The translations under genes were made by a program, and so were the position numbers. A stretch of 64,000 nt of DNA from a virus (taxonomy: Duplodnaviria > Caudoviricetes). The stretch is taken from the IMG/VR virus record IMGVR_UViG_2684623061_000003, positions 2,999-66,998 of that record. One strand, given 5' to 3'. Of this stretch, positions 1-9,255 are shown piece after piece. A model generated the notes under the pieces. The model had not been told where the DNA came from. It ran no database searches and saw only the letters and a list, made by a program, of their open reading frames with translations. Positions within the stretch are counted from its first letter, which is position 1; every line of letters begins with the position of its first letter.

Positions 1-367
1 CAAGACGGTCGATCTGCACATCCGGAATGGTGTCATCTAAGATCCCGGCGATGATTTCTGGGGCCAGCAAGGTCAGGTTGATGATTCGACCAACGTAACT
101 GTTGTCGGTGGATTCGCTCTCCGCCAGTTCCTTCATCGAGGCGATCTCGCCGCGCTCCAGCATTCCCCGCCAGCGGTAGCCCTTGGCGAGCGCGCGTTGT
201 AGCGAGGTCAATTGGGAGCCGCTCGTTGCAGCGTCGCAGTCCTTAGCCTGACCGTAACGCCGCCGGCCGGCGCGGCGACTTATAGCCAGAGGCACGATCA
301 CGGTCAGCGCGCCATCGCTTGTTCGCACGACGCGCGGTGCGCCGGCCGTATCGACTACGGGCCTCAT
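1..367 (-). CDS. Recombinase-associated small protein (family often auto-annotated as LacI-like regulator), truncated at window edge
   Basis: Manual translation from ATG 367, which overlaps the integrase stop: MRPVVDTAGAPRVVRTSDGALTVIVPL...LQRALAKGYRWRGMLERGEIASMKELAE...YVGRIINLTLLAPEII. Confidence 0.75.
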   Translation of the reverse strand, partial: MRPVVDTAGAPRVVRTSDGALTVIVPLAISRRAGRRRYGQAKDCDAATSGSQLTSLQRALAKGYRWRGMLERGEIASMKELAESESTDNSYVGRIINLTLLAPEIIAGILDDTIPDVQIDRL

Positions 368-1719
368 GCTGCTATCCCTTCCCGACCCAACTCGTCCGCC
401 AGAGACAGCACACCGTTTGGGTGAAACCTGATCTCCATGGCATCGAGATTCACCACGACCTGCTCGATCAACAGCCGAAGGAGCCGCTGCTGCTCGGCCG
501 GAAACAGAGCATCCCAAACCTGATCAAACTGCCGTATCCCAACCACGATCATAGCCTCGTCCAACCCAGCCTCGGAGGCTGCGGCCTGCGCGACAATCGC
601 CGAGAGCATCTCCGGCGTGTTTAGCATCTGTCGTACGTAGCCCACCACGATTCCCTCCAGTTCGGCAGCTGGAAGCCGAGGGAACTTCGCCGCCGCCGCG
701 CCCTCATGAATCTCGGCGGTACTTATGTAGTACCGGTACAACCGACCATTACCCTTAACGGTGTGGTAAGGCGTCATCGCCCGCCGATCCGGGCCGACGA
801 CTAACCCCTTAAGCAGGAACGGCACCTTGGCTCGGCTCGCGTTCCCCCTAGCCGCCGCGTTGCTGGCGAGAATGGCCTGAACCTTTTCCCAGCGTGCCTG
901 ATCGACGATTGGCGGGTGGCATCCGGTGAAGTATTGGTCCCGGTGCTTCAGCTCCCCCAAGTATGTTCGGTTGTGCAGGATCTTATGAATGGTGCTCTTG
1001 TCGTGCGGCTGGGGCGTTCGGACTCGGCCGGCACGGGTCGTCCACGCCTTGCTCTTGTAACCCATTCCGGTTGCATCACGTACGACCGCCTGAATGGATT
1101 CGGTTTCGATCAGCCGCTGGAAGATGAAGCGAACTTGCGCTGCTTCAAGATGGTTGATCGCAAGTCTCCGATCCTTGACGCAGTACCCCAGCGGCGGGAT
1201 GCCGTGCATCCAGAGCCCTTTCGCCTTACTTGCGATCATCTTATCGATGGCCCTCTCGACATCGAGGTCGCGATCGTACTCGGCAAACGACATCAGGATG
1301 TTCACCGTCAGGCGCCCCACGGTATCGGCGGTATTGAAGCTCTGGGTTACCGACACGAATGCGACTTCTTTCTCTTCAAGCACCTTTAACAGCTCTTGGA
1401 AGTCGCGTATGGAGCGGGATATGCGATCGATCTTGTAGGCCACGATGACATCAACCAAACCTGCCCGGACATCCGCCATCAACCTCTGCAAACCCGGTCG
1501 GATCATGGTGGCCGCCGACCAGCCCGGATCGTCATAGACAGTTGCGATGGGCACCCAACCTCGCCCACGCTGGCTGGCTATGTAAGCCATCGCGGCGTCA
1601 CGCTGAGCCTCGATGGTGTTGTACTCCCGCTCAAGGCCCTTCCTTGTAGATTTTCGCGCGTAGATGGCACAGCGTGTGACAGCTGCCTGCGTATTTGTGC
1701 CGATTGCTTGCGCATTCAT
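364..1719 (-). CDS. Large serine recombinase (integrase)
   Basis: CAIYARKS catalytic motif, RPGLQRLM and KIDRISRS, recombinase domain (PPLGY, ILHNRTYLG, HPPIVD), degenerate Zn-ribbon (LLKGLV...YRYY). Confidence 0.93.
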   Translation of the reverse strand: MNAQAIGTNTQAAVTRCAIYARKSTRKGLEREYNTIEAQRDAAMAYIASQRGRGWVPIATVYDDPGWSAATMIRPGLQRLMADVRAGLVDVIVAYKIDRISRSIRDFQELLKVLEEKEVAFVSVTQSFNTADTVGRLTVNILMSFAEYDRDLDVERAIDKMIASKAKGLWMHGIPPLGYCVKDRRLAINHLEAAQVRFIFQRLIETESIQAVVRDATGMGYKSKAWTTRAGRVRTPQPHDKSTIHKILHNRTYLGELKHRDQYFTGCHPPIVDQARWEKVQAILASNAAARGNASRAKVPFLLKGLVVGPDRRAMTPYHTVKGNGRLYRYYISTAEIHEGAAAAKFPRLPAAELEGIVVGYVRQMLNTPEMLSAIVAQAAASEAGLDEAMIVVGIRQFDQVWDALFPAEQQRLLRLLIEQVVVNLDAMEIRFHPNGVLSLADELGREGIAA

Positions 1720-2084
1720 GCCGCCACCCGCACCAGGATGCCCTTTGAAGAGTGGCACTCGACCACGAGGACACCGTGCCGCTGGAAGAATCGAGACAGA
1801 TGCGATTCTCCGTCGAGATCATTCGACAGGCGATCCATGTCGGTAACGGCCACACAATCGATGGCGCCGGCTGCAGCCTCCAGAAGAAGCCGCTGGAAGT
1901 TCGGCCTGACCTCGGTCCGGCTGCAGACGCCCTCGTCCACGTAGTGGGTGATGATCGGTAAGCGGTCGAGTCTTTCAGCGAGATCCTGCTGCACGACGTA
2001 GCGCTGGTAGGCGATGAAGTCGGAATCCACGCCTTCGGAATAGCAGTAGACAGCGACGCGAACGGGTTTGCTAAGGTTCAACAT
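1716..2084 (-). CDS. Serine recombinase catalytic-domain-only protein with degenerate active site
   Basis: YVDEGVCS..RPNFQRLL, DCVAVTDMDRLS; N-terminal motif is YCYSE instead of YxRxS. Confidence 0.75.
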   Translation of the reverse strand: MLNLSKPVRVAVYCYSEGVDSDFIAYQRYVVQQDLAERLDRLPIITHYVDEGVCSRTEVRPNFQRLLLEAAAGAIDCVAVTDMDRLSNDLDGESHLSRFFQRHGVLVVECHSSKGILVRVAA

Positions 2085-2093
2085 ATGAACACC

Positions 2094-2558
2094 TCAGTAT
2101 CGTTTGATACGCAGGACCGACAGCGCTCGTGCCAGCCAGGGGGCGGGGGGTCCGGTTTGGGGCCCTTCGTGCCTAGGTCTCTCGACGGCGAGGCATCTAT
2201 CTGCTTCTGACGCCTCGGCTGCCTGCCCCTTCGCCACGATCAGCGGCACACCGGCAATCTCAAATCGAACCCTAAGCCGCAGGTCGTCCATGTACGACCG
2301 AGTGAGCCGGTCATCGGACGCAACCACAATGGCTCTGACGAACCCGGCGTCCATATGCCGAAGCATTGATTGCAGACCCGGCCGTCTTACCGTTGATCCC
2401 GCCATGCCGTCGTCGCAGTAGGTGACCGTCGCCGATTCGCCGAACACTTCCTCGGCTGCGCGCTGGGCCTGCGCGTACTGCTGCAAGATGGCGCCGGGAT
2501 CTGGCACGTCCGAGCGGGCGTAGATCACGACGTTGCCTATTTTCTCCTCACCGCTCAT
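2094..2558 (-). CDS. Serine recombinase catalytic-domain-only protein
   Basis: VIYARSD, YCDDGMAGS..RRPGLQSML, DDRLTRS; no DNA-binding domain. Confidence 0.75.
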   Translation of the reverse strand: MSGEEKIGNVVIYARSDVPDPGAILQQYAQAQRAAEEVFGESATVTYCDDGMAGSTVRRPGLQSMLRHMDAGFVRAIVVASDDRLTRSYMDDLRLRVRFEIAGVPLIVAKGQAAEASEADRCLAVERPRHEGPQTGPPAPWLARALSVLRIKRY

Positions 2559-3030
2559 GTCTCTCTCCCTTCCTGGTGGACTGCGGTCGCAGCCCGAAGA
2601 ATGCGGGACCTGACCAGCGGGTCCCGGTGATTTCCCTGGCGATCTTCGACAAGCTGCCGTAACGCCTGCCGTCGTAGTCGAACCCACCGTCCTGCAGTAC
2701 CGTCACTCGATGGAGTCGGCCGCCATGTTCCCGTGTCAGGACCACGCCCGGAGTTGGCGCGGGCGCTGCGGCACGGCGGGTGACCTTGCCGGTTTCGACC
2801 AGCCGCTGGATGCGTTTGGTGTTGCTCTCAATGAGCGGGTTGGCATTGGTCCGATACGCCTCTTCTTGCAGGCGATGGGCCAGTCGGCGTACCGCGTACC
2901 GGCGATTGTTTACGCCGGGCGGCTCGCCGAAGTACTCCAACCACTTCACTTTGATTTCCTTCCAGCTCAGGTGCGGCAGCGCCGCGACCTGAGCGGCAAG
3001 GGTTCTCTGCGCGACACTTTTCTCCATCAC
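2548..3030 (-). CDS. DUF2924-like protein
   Basis: PGVVLTREHGG..HRVTV...FDYDGRRYGSLSKIAREITGTRWSGPAFFGL; typical neighbour of such integrases. Confidence 0.85.
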   Translation of the reverse strand: MMEKSVAQRTLAAQVAALPHLSWKEIKVKWLEYFGEPPGVNNRRYAVRRLAHRLQEEAYRTNANPLIESNTKRIQRLVETGKVTRRAAAPAPTPGVVLTREHGGRLHRVTVLQDGGFDYDGRRYGSLSKIAREITGTRWSGPAFFGLRPQSTRKGERHER

Positions 3031-3230
3031 AGTCGGCCTCCACGGCTCTCCAAGGGGTGGTCATACACCCTCGTTTCGCCCGTGTTATCAAGCCCAACCT
3101 GTCCAGAGAAACCACTCGCGCGACGATCCTTCGGTTGCAGACGCCGCAACGCGGTCACGGCTAGATCGGCGATCTGCTTCACCCGTTCCTCCGGCGTTTG
3201 TGATGGGGCGCTTCTATTGTCCTTGGTCAT
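3027..3230 (-). CDS. Small hypothetical protein
   Basis: AAAGGA RBS before ATG 3230; stop overlaps the DUF2924 start. Confidence 0.6.
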   Translation of the reverse strand: MTKDNRSAPSQTPEERVKQIADLAVTALRRLQPKDRRASGFSGQVGLDNTGETRVYDHPLESRGGRL

Positions 3231-3250
3231 AGGTTGTCCTTTCCTTTCGC

Positions 3251-4159
3251 TCATGCCGGGGGCAGCAGATGCCGGCGTATCGCAACTTCGCCGTTCTTCC
3301 AGTCGATGAATCGCGCGAACTCTTTACGACTACAGATTTGCGAAATACTGGTGTTCTTGGTGCTGTAGCCAGCCCGCCGCAGCACCCAGCTTTGTCTCGG
3401 GCGGGGCTGGCCGGCGTCGTGCGCTTCTGCAATGGCAAGCGCGAACGCCCGCTGCTTCCTTTGAAGTGAGAGTTCTTCCCCTTGCAAGCGCAAGACCGAT
3501 CCATCGTCGCTGAGCTCGAACCACCTGCCAGCAGGGGTCGATCTCTCTGGGTTCGGGTCAAGCAAAGCGATCGCGCTTTCCAACTGTTCCACGCTCGTCA
3601 CCAGCCCCTCGCGCTCAATCCTCGCGACTTTGACGAGCGGGATAGCCATTCGCCCGTTTCCACTCAGTTCCGCCGGCACGATCCGCTTGGTCGTAAGCAG
3701 CACCTGTCGCTCGGTAGCGTCTGCATCGAGCGCCGCTATCGTCTGGTCTACTTCATCTGTCCAGATGTAGCGGAACAGGTACACGGAAACGTTCTTCTGC
3801 CCCATCGAAACTGTCGCTAGGCGCCAGAGACGATTCGGCACCAGGCACACCGGCTCTGCATCGGCGAGTTGCGCCGATAGCTGAGCAGGCAGCCAGTCCT
3901 CTCGTACTCGCGCTGCCGCAAGCGGTTGCCAAAGTTCAACTTTTCCGCCGCACTTGAGGCAGATGAGACTTTGATCGTCGTAGGTCCACGCGTGGCGAAG
4001 TAGTTCAGCGCCGCACACCTTGCACTGACTGCGAACGGCGCGCTTTGCAGGGAACAACGCACCGATCGAAACCAGAGTTTTGAAGAATCGGCTGTTATTT
4101 GCGGGCAACAGCGGGCCATACGGCTCATTGTTGAACCGGTCGAGGTATTTTTGGAGCAC
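3251..4159 (-). CDS. Hypothetical protein with Zn-ribbon (CKVC...CLKC) and probable C-terminal winged-helix domain; candidate regulator
   Basis: 302-aa ORF; C-terminus FELSDDGSVLRLQGEELSLQRKQRAF resembles OmpR-type wHTH. Confidence 0.65.
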   Translation of the reverse strand: MLQKYLDRFNNEPYGPLLPANNSRFFKTLVSIGALFPAKRAVRSQCKVCGAELLRHAWTYDDQSLICLKCGGKVELWQPLAAARVREDWLPAQLSAQLADAEPVCLVPNRLWRLATVSMGQKNVSVYLFRYIWTDEVDQTIAALDADATERQVLLTTKRIVPAELSGNGRMAIPLVKVARIEREGLVTSVEQLESAIALLDPNPERSTPAGRWFELSDDGSVLRLQGEELSLQRKQRAFALAIAEAHDAGQPRPRQSWVLRRAGYSTKNTSISQICSRKEFARFIDWKNGEVAIRRHLLPPA

Positions 4160-4607
4160 AGTAAAACTTCCTTACCGCGACGAATCGCGGACACAAGGCC
4201 CCGTGCAGGCCGTCGCCGGCCCGATGGAATTCTTTTGTTCTAGTGAACGATCAGCGAATCGGTGTAGCCGATACCAGTCGACGATCTAGTTTTTGCTCGT
4301 GTAGAGCGTTAGCGACCGCGATAAACGATTCGCTGCAGGCCGGAATGCCGACGTGCATGAGTAGAGGGAGAAGCGCGCCCGAGAGGCGCACTGAGCAGGT
4401 ATGGCGAACGAATCCGTTGTTCATAGTGGGTCCTTCGTTGAAGACCACTTTCGAGTTGTGGCTGGAACTGAATCGAAGCCTATCGCGCCATTCATGATGT
4501 GTGCAATATCACAAGTGCATTCCGGCCGGTGCGGGACAGCACAATCTAACTTTGGTTCATGCTTCGTTTGGATTGAAGCATCCCAACTCGATTCTCCGCT
4601 CTCTGCT

Positions 4608-4667
4608 TCTAGTCGTTTCTAGTTTGATCTAGTCTTCGATCTAGTCGTTTCCATCTTTCGGTTCTAG
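4608..4667. repeat. Array of five TCTAG boxes (4608, 4618, 4628, 4640, 4663) in the divergent intergenic region; putative protein-binding sites
   Basis: tctagtcgtt tctagtttga tctagtcttcga tctagtcgtt ... tctagccg. Confidence 0.7.
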
Positions 4668-4732
4668 CCGGCTTTGTAAGACGCTTCTCCGCGAATGCAC
4701 ATTGGTGCCATCGCATGAGAGGAGTTGTTGCA

Positions 4733-4936
4733 GTGAGCCAGCCCAACCTTTCCACCGAAGAACTTGCTGATCGATGGAGCGTCACCACGCGCACCATCAA
4801 GCGATGGCGCAGCGAAGGCATCGGCCCGCGATCGTTCAAAGTCGGCCAGGTCGTCCGATACCGGCTGGACGACGTCGAGCATTTTGAATGCCGCTCGCCC
4901 AGCACCACCCCGCAAACTGCCGGGGTGGCCGCATGA
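4733..4936 (+). CDS. Excisionase/AlpA-like HTH protein
   Basis: LSTEELADRWSVTTRTIKRWRSEGIGPRSFKVGQVVRYRLDDVEHFE; GAGGAG RBS. Confidence 0.85.
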   Translation: MSQPNLSTEELADRWSVTTRTIKRWRSEGIGPRSFKVGQVVRYRLDDVEHFECRSPSTTPQTAGVAA

Positions 4937-5403
4937 CCCTGCTGGAACGCTGCATGGGTCGGCCCGCATCTGAACTGGCGGACTACGCGCCCGAGATGCT
5001 GCTCGACCTGAAGAAGCAGACGGCCGATGCGCTCGCTACTGCGAAAGCGAACGCCGACTGGATCGATCGAGCGCTGGACCTGCGATACGGCCAGATCGCG
5101 GCACAGCAGCGTTTGGCCGCCGACAAGGACACCGGCACGGTGACCTTTGCCGATGGCGACATCCGCGTCAGCGTCCAGCTACCGAAGAAGGTGGAATGGG
5201 ACCAGGCTCAGCTCGCGCGCATCGTCGAGCGCATCCGTGCCGCCGGCAAAGATCCCGCCGAGTTCGTGGAAGTCACCTACCGGATCAGCGAGACCAGGTA
5301 CAACGCCTGGCCCGCCTCGCTGCGCACGTCCTTCGACGCCGCCCGCACCCTAAAGATGGGTAAGCCGTCCTTCCGCCTGTCCTCGCCCGAGGACGAATCG
5401 TGA
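4933..5403 (+). CDS. Conserved phage early protein
   Basis: ATGA-coupled to HTH gene; KDTGTV.F.DG..V...LPKKVEWDQ motif typical upstream of phage AAA genes. Confidence 0.75.
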   Translation: MTLLERCMGRPASELADYAPEMLLDLKKQTADALATAKANADWIDRALDLRYGQIAAQQRLAADKDTGTVTFADGDIRVSVQLPKKVEWDQAQLARIVERIRAAGKDPAEFVEVTYRISETRYNAWPASLRTSFDAARTLKMGKPSFRLSSPEDES

Positions 5404-5632
5404 CGGAAATCACAATTTTGAGTTGTGGCCGCATCTTGACCCTCAGCGCTGCCGACGGCGACGAGGCGCGCATTTGGCTGCTCTGCAGCTCGCGCCGCCC
5501 GCTCGCCGCAATCGCTCCAGGCGCTGAAGTCCGAAGCTCGATGCCGGCACCCACCTGCCCGCAGTCCACTTCCCCCTCTCCCTCGAACGAGCCATGGATC
5601 GAACTGCTGCGCAAACTCTCGGGAGGCCGCTG

Positions 5633-6460
5633 ATGACCCTGCCGATCATTACCGCGGATCAGCGTCTGACCGAGGTCCGTGGCGTCAAAGGCGTCCTCGT
5701 CGGGCGCTGGGGCTTGGGCAAGACCTTCCAACTGTGGACGCTCAATCCGAGCACGACCTTGTTCGTAGATATCGAAGCCGGTGACCTGGCCGTAAAGAAC
5801 TGGCCCGGCGATAGCCTGCGCCCGCGCACCTGGGAGGAATGCCGCGACATCGCCGTGCTGCTCGGCGGCCCGAACCCGGCACTGCGCGACGGCCAGCCGT
5901 TTAGCCAGGACCACTATGACCGCGCGCGTCAGCGGTATGGCGATCCGGCCGGGTTGGAGAAGTACCGGACGATTTTCCTCGATTCCATTACCGTCGCCGG
6001 CCGGCTGTGCCTGCAGTGGTGCAAAGGCCAGCCCCAAGCGTTCTCGGACCGCGCCAACAAACCCGACATGCGCGGCGCTTACGGCCTGATGGGTCAAGAG
6101 ATGGTGGCCTGGCTGACCCACATCCAGCACACCCGCGATAAGCACATCTGGTTCGTCGGCATCCTCGACCAACGCACCGACGAGTTCAACCGCAAGTTCT
6201 ACGAATTGCAGATCGATGGCTCCAAGACCGGTCTGGAACTGCCGGGCATCGTCGATGAGGTGATCACGCTGGCTGAAATCACCTCCGGCGACGGCCCGCC
6301 ATACCGCGCGTTCGTCTGCCACACCGCCAACCCTTGGGGATTCCCCGCCAAAGACCGATCGGGTCGCCTCGACTTAGTCGAGCCCCCGGACCTGGGCTTG
6401 CTCATGCGCAAGCTCGGCGCGCCCGAGGCGGCGGCACCCAATCCCCCCTCCCTTCATTAG
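5633..6460 (+). CDS. AAA ATPase, Sak4-like single-strand annealing protein
   Basis: Walker A GRWGLGKT, FVDIEAG, IFLDSIT, AKDRSGRL. Confidence 0.85.
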   Translation: MTLPIITADQRLTEVRGVKGVLVGRWGLGKTFQLWTLNPSTTLFVDIEAGDLAVKNWPGDSLRPRTWEECRDIAVLLGGPNPALRDGQPFSQDHYDRARQRYGDPAGLEKYRTIFLDSITVAGRLCLQWCKGQPQAFSDRANKPDMRGAYGLMGQEMVAWLTHIQHTRDKHIWFVGILDQRTDEFNRKFYELQIDGSKTGLELPGIVDEVITLAEITSGDGPPYRAFVCHTANPWGFPAKDRSGRLDLVEPPDLGLLMRKLGAPEAAAPNPPSLH

Positions 6461-6475
6461 TCCGCAGGAGACCTC

Positions 6476-7081
6476 ATGTCGGTCTGGAACAACTTCAACG
6501 ACGCCGAGAGTCCGGCGTTCTCCCTCATCCCCAAAGGCACCTTGGTCAAGATCCGCATGATCATCAAGCCCGGTGGCTACAACGACCCGAGCCAGGGTTG
6601 GTTGCACGGCTGGGCGACTCGCGGCGACACCGGCGCCGTCTACCTCAACGGCGAGTTCGTGGTTCTCGAAGGCAAATATGCGCGCCGCAAGCTGTGGTCG
6701 CTAATTGGACTGCAGAGCGCGAAAGGGCCGGCCTGGAGCCAGATGGGCCGTAGCTTCATCAAGGGCATCCTCAACTCGGCCCATGCGCTGCACCCGGACG
6801 ATATGAGCGCCGCGGCGCAACAGGGCCGGTGCATCGAGAGCTTCGGCGATCTCGACGGCGTCGTTTTCGCCGGCAAGGTGGATTGGGAGAAGGACGGCTA
6901 CGGCGAGGACAAGGCCGTGATCAAGGTCCCGATCATGCCCGACCACCCGCAGTACCGAGAAGTGATGGGCGCAATGACGTCGGCATCGACTGCCGTGACA
7001 CCCGCTCACCTCGTAGCCGCTGCGCAGGGGGCTGATGCCGCAACGAATGCACCGTCGACTCGCCCCGCATGGGCACATTAA
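6476..7081 (+). CDS. Phage SSB-like protein (DUF669-like)
   Basis: FNDAE...LIPKGT, EFVVLEGKYARRKLW, C-terminal tail RPAWA; follows Sak4-like gene. Confidence 0.7.
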   Translation: MSVWNNFNDAESPAFSLIPKGTLVKIRMIIKPGGYNDPSQGWLHGWATRGDTGAVYLNGEFVVLEGKYARRKLWSLIGLQSAKGPAWSQMGRSFIKGILNSAHALHPDDMSAAAQQGRCIESFGDLDGVVFAGKVDWEKDGYGEDKAVIKVPIMPDHPQYREVMGAMTSASTAVTPAHLVAAAQGADAATNAPSTRPAWAH

Positions 7082-7092
7082 GGATAAGGCCT

Positions 7093-7542
7093 ATGCTCCC
7101 CCGCGCATGCAGCATTCACGATTTCCGCCGATTGCTCGGCTTCATCGACAACGTCATTTTCGCTTGTCACTTGGAGCGGATCGCTCCTCTGTCCGCACAA
7201 GTCATCAGCGAGCGCGTAGTCGCGGCACTTGGAAATCCACGCGCCACGGCCGAAACGCGTCAGATGCAAATCGAATTCTGCCGCGACTTGGCGCAGCTCA
7301 AGCTTGCAGCGGACTTCGACCCGGGTGTCAACAAGAGCGCCTTTGCCTATGACGAAGTGACGTTCAACCTGTGGCCGAGAACGCAAGACATGTTCCCGGA
7401 GTACGTCGGTCTAAACGACCTCAGCGCCTCTGAGGCACGAGCGCTGTATGACGCCTTGAGGCGCAGAGTCGGCTGGTGCGAGGAACTGGCCGACGAGATC
7501 AAGCGGAAATTTCCAACCGAGATCGCTAGATCCTACCAATGA
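7093..7542 (+). CDS. Hypothetical protein
   Basis: 149-aa ORF with AAGG RBS; stop overlaps next start. Confidence 0.55.
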   Translation: MLPRACSIHDFRRLLGFIDNVIFACHLERIAPLSAQVISERVVAALGNPRATAETRQMQIEFCRDLAQLKLAADFDPGVNKSAFAYDEVTFNLWPRTQDMFPEYVGLNDLSASEARALYDALRRRVGWCEELADEIKRKFPTEIARSYQ

Positions 7543-7958
7543 TGTTGTGCTGGGGCTGTGGCCGTCGCGCGCGCGGCTTCGGCCACTTGGACCTGCGCTA
7601 CCGCGCCAGTGACCCACGATGCACGCCGTACCGATGGGCGTTTTGCTCGAACACCTGCCAGAACGCCTTCCATCAACTCTACGACACCCGACGCCGGAGC
7701 AATCCGGCGTCGATAGAGGATCTTTTGCCTGTGACCCACCCACTTTCCCCCGAAGCACAACGCGCTTGCCTGAGAGCGCTGGCCTCCGTTGCGGGCCGGA
7801 TCGGCTTCGCTACTCCGCTCGGCCACTACAACCAGGCGCAAGCCACGGAAGTTGTCGAGACCATCACGCAGGCCTACGAGGCATCGATTCGCGCAAAAGT
7901 GAATCCGTTCTCACGGCCGCTGGATGGATTCGAGGACGAAGACATTCCTTTTAACTGA
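7539..7958 (+). CDS. DUF6511-like phage protein
   Basis: CWGCGRRARGFG...FCSNTCQ, acidic tail EDEDIPF. Confidence 0.7.
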   Translation: MMLCWGCGRRARGFGHLDLRYRASDPRCTPYRWAFCSNTCQNAFHQLYDTRRRSNPASIEDLLPVTHPLSPEAQRACLRALASVAGRIGFATPLGHYNQAQATEVVETITQAYEASIRAKVNPFSRPLDGFEDEDIPFN

Positions 7959-7969
7959 GGGCACGCGCC

Positions 7970-8410
7970 ATGACTACCAAAGAAATCTGGTGCGTTGTGC
8001 CCTCGCTTGGTGATGTGCTCGCCTCTAGCGAAGGCCGCATTATGCAGATTCCTCGCTTGGTTCCCCAGTTCCATGGGGGACAACGTCAAGTCGGCGGTAC
8101 GCCGACCTGTGGCCAATGGGATGGCACGCGCTACATCTACGTTTGCCATCGCCACAGCCACAAGGTGGCGCGGCTGATCTGCGAAGCCTTCCATGGCCGC
8201 CCGCCAGAAGACCGTAGCGTGTGCATGCACCTGGACGAAAACGCGCGTAACAACCGTGCTGAGAACCTAGCGCGGGGCACCCAGAAAGAGAACCTTAACG
8301 CTCCTGGGTTCATCGCATACTGTCAACGACGAGTAGGAATCCATTGTCCGCACTACAAGGCAAGAATGAAGCGGGAGGCGGCGAGGCACGCCGAGCCCCC
8401 CGGTGCTTGA
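7970..8410 (+). CDS. HNH homing endonuclease (NUMOD4/HNH_3-like)
   Basis: ASSEGRI, KVARLICEAFHG...CMHLDENARNNRAENL..GTQKEN. Confidence 0.8.
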   Translation: MTTKEIWCVVPSLGDVLASSEGRIMQIPRLVPQFHGGQRQVGGTPTCGQWDGTRYIYVCHRHSHKVARLICEAFHGRPPEDRSVCMHLDENARNNRAENLARGTQKENLNAPGFIAYCQRRVGIHCPHYKARMKREAARHAEPPGA

Positions 8411-9149
8411 CTTCATCACTCACGATCTTTCCGAGCACGTCAGCGAGCTGATAGACACAGCGATGGAGCGCGAGGCGACGCTGTTGCCGCCTCGGGCCTA
8501 TCTGGGCGCGTCCAGCCTCGGTGAGGACTGCGCTCGGCGTCTACAGTTCCAGTACTTCAACGCCCCTAAGGACCCCGGTCGGCACTTCCCCGGCCGCGTG
8601 CTGCGCGTTTTCGCGCGCGGCCACCGGGTCGAGGCGTGGATGGTCGACTGGCTGCGCTTGGCCGGATTCGATCTACGCGATCGCAACGACCAAGGCGAGC
8701 AGTTCGGCTTTGCCGCGGCAGGCGGCCGAGTCCGCGGACATGCCGATGGCATCATCGTCGCCGGCCCCGGCAACTTCCGCTATCCGATGCTCTGGGAGTG
8801 CAAGTGCGTCGGGGTCAAGACCTTTCGCGAACTCAAGAAGAAGCGACTCGCCGCGAGTCGGCCGGTGTATGCGGCTCAGGTTGCGCTCTATCAGGCCTAT
8901 CTGGGACTGCATGAACACCCGGCCCTGTTCACCGCTGTCTGCGCCGACGACATGTCGATCTACACCGAGCGCGTGCTGTTCGATCGTGGCTTGGCGCAGC
9001 GCGCGTCCGATCGCGCCGTTCACATCCTGCGTGCCTGCGACGTCGGCGAACTGCTTCCACGCATCAGCACCACCCCAACGCACCAAACCTGTCGCTACTG
9101 CCCCTGGCAGGAACGTTGCTGGTCCCTGCCCTCTCCCACTACCGACTGA
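8403..9149 (+). CDS. Cas4-like PD-(D/E)XK exonuclease (phage type, not CRISPR-linked)
   Basis: YLGASSLGEDCAR, GHADG, LWECK, Q..LY, C-terminal CRYCPWQERC. Confidence 0.85.
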   Translation: MLDFITHDLSEHVSELIDTAMEREATLLPPRAYLGASSLGEDCARRLQFQYFNAPKDPGRHFPGRVLRVFARGHRVEAWMVDWLRLAGFDLRDRNDQGEQFGFAAAGGRVRGHADGIIVAGPGNFRYPMLWECKCVGVKTFRELKKKRLAASRPVYAAQVALYQAYLGLHEHPALFTAVCADDMSIYTERVLFDRGLAQRASDRAVHILRACDVGELLPRISTTPTHQTCRYCPWQERCWSLPSPTTD

Positions 9150-9255
9150 CCCAGAGAACTTGAATGAGCACTATCGCTGAACCGGCTGGCCCCGTTAACC
9201 GGGCCGCTGCCGATGGCCTTCGGCATGCAGCCCCGAAGTCGCCGGAGCCGGCTGC

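Noticed and set aside
4251-4448. 65-aa ORF as a repressor
   Set aside because: No HTH or other motif; may be spurious or a remnant
5400-5633. 77-aa ORF between the early protein and the AAA gene
   Set aside because: Coupled to both neighbours but no recognisable features; not enough support to call a product
8403-9149. Cas4-like nuclease as sign of a CRISPR-Cas locus
   Set aside because: No other cas genes or repeat-spacer array; it sits in a normal phage recombination operon
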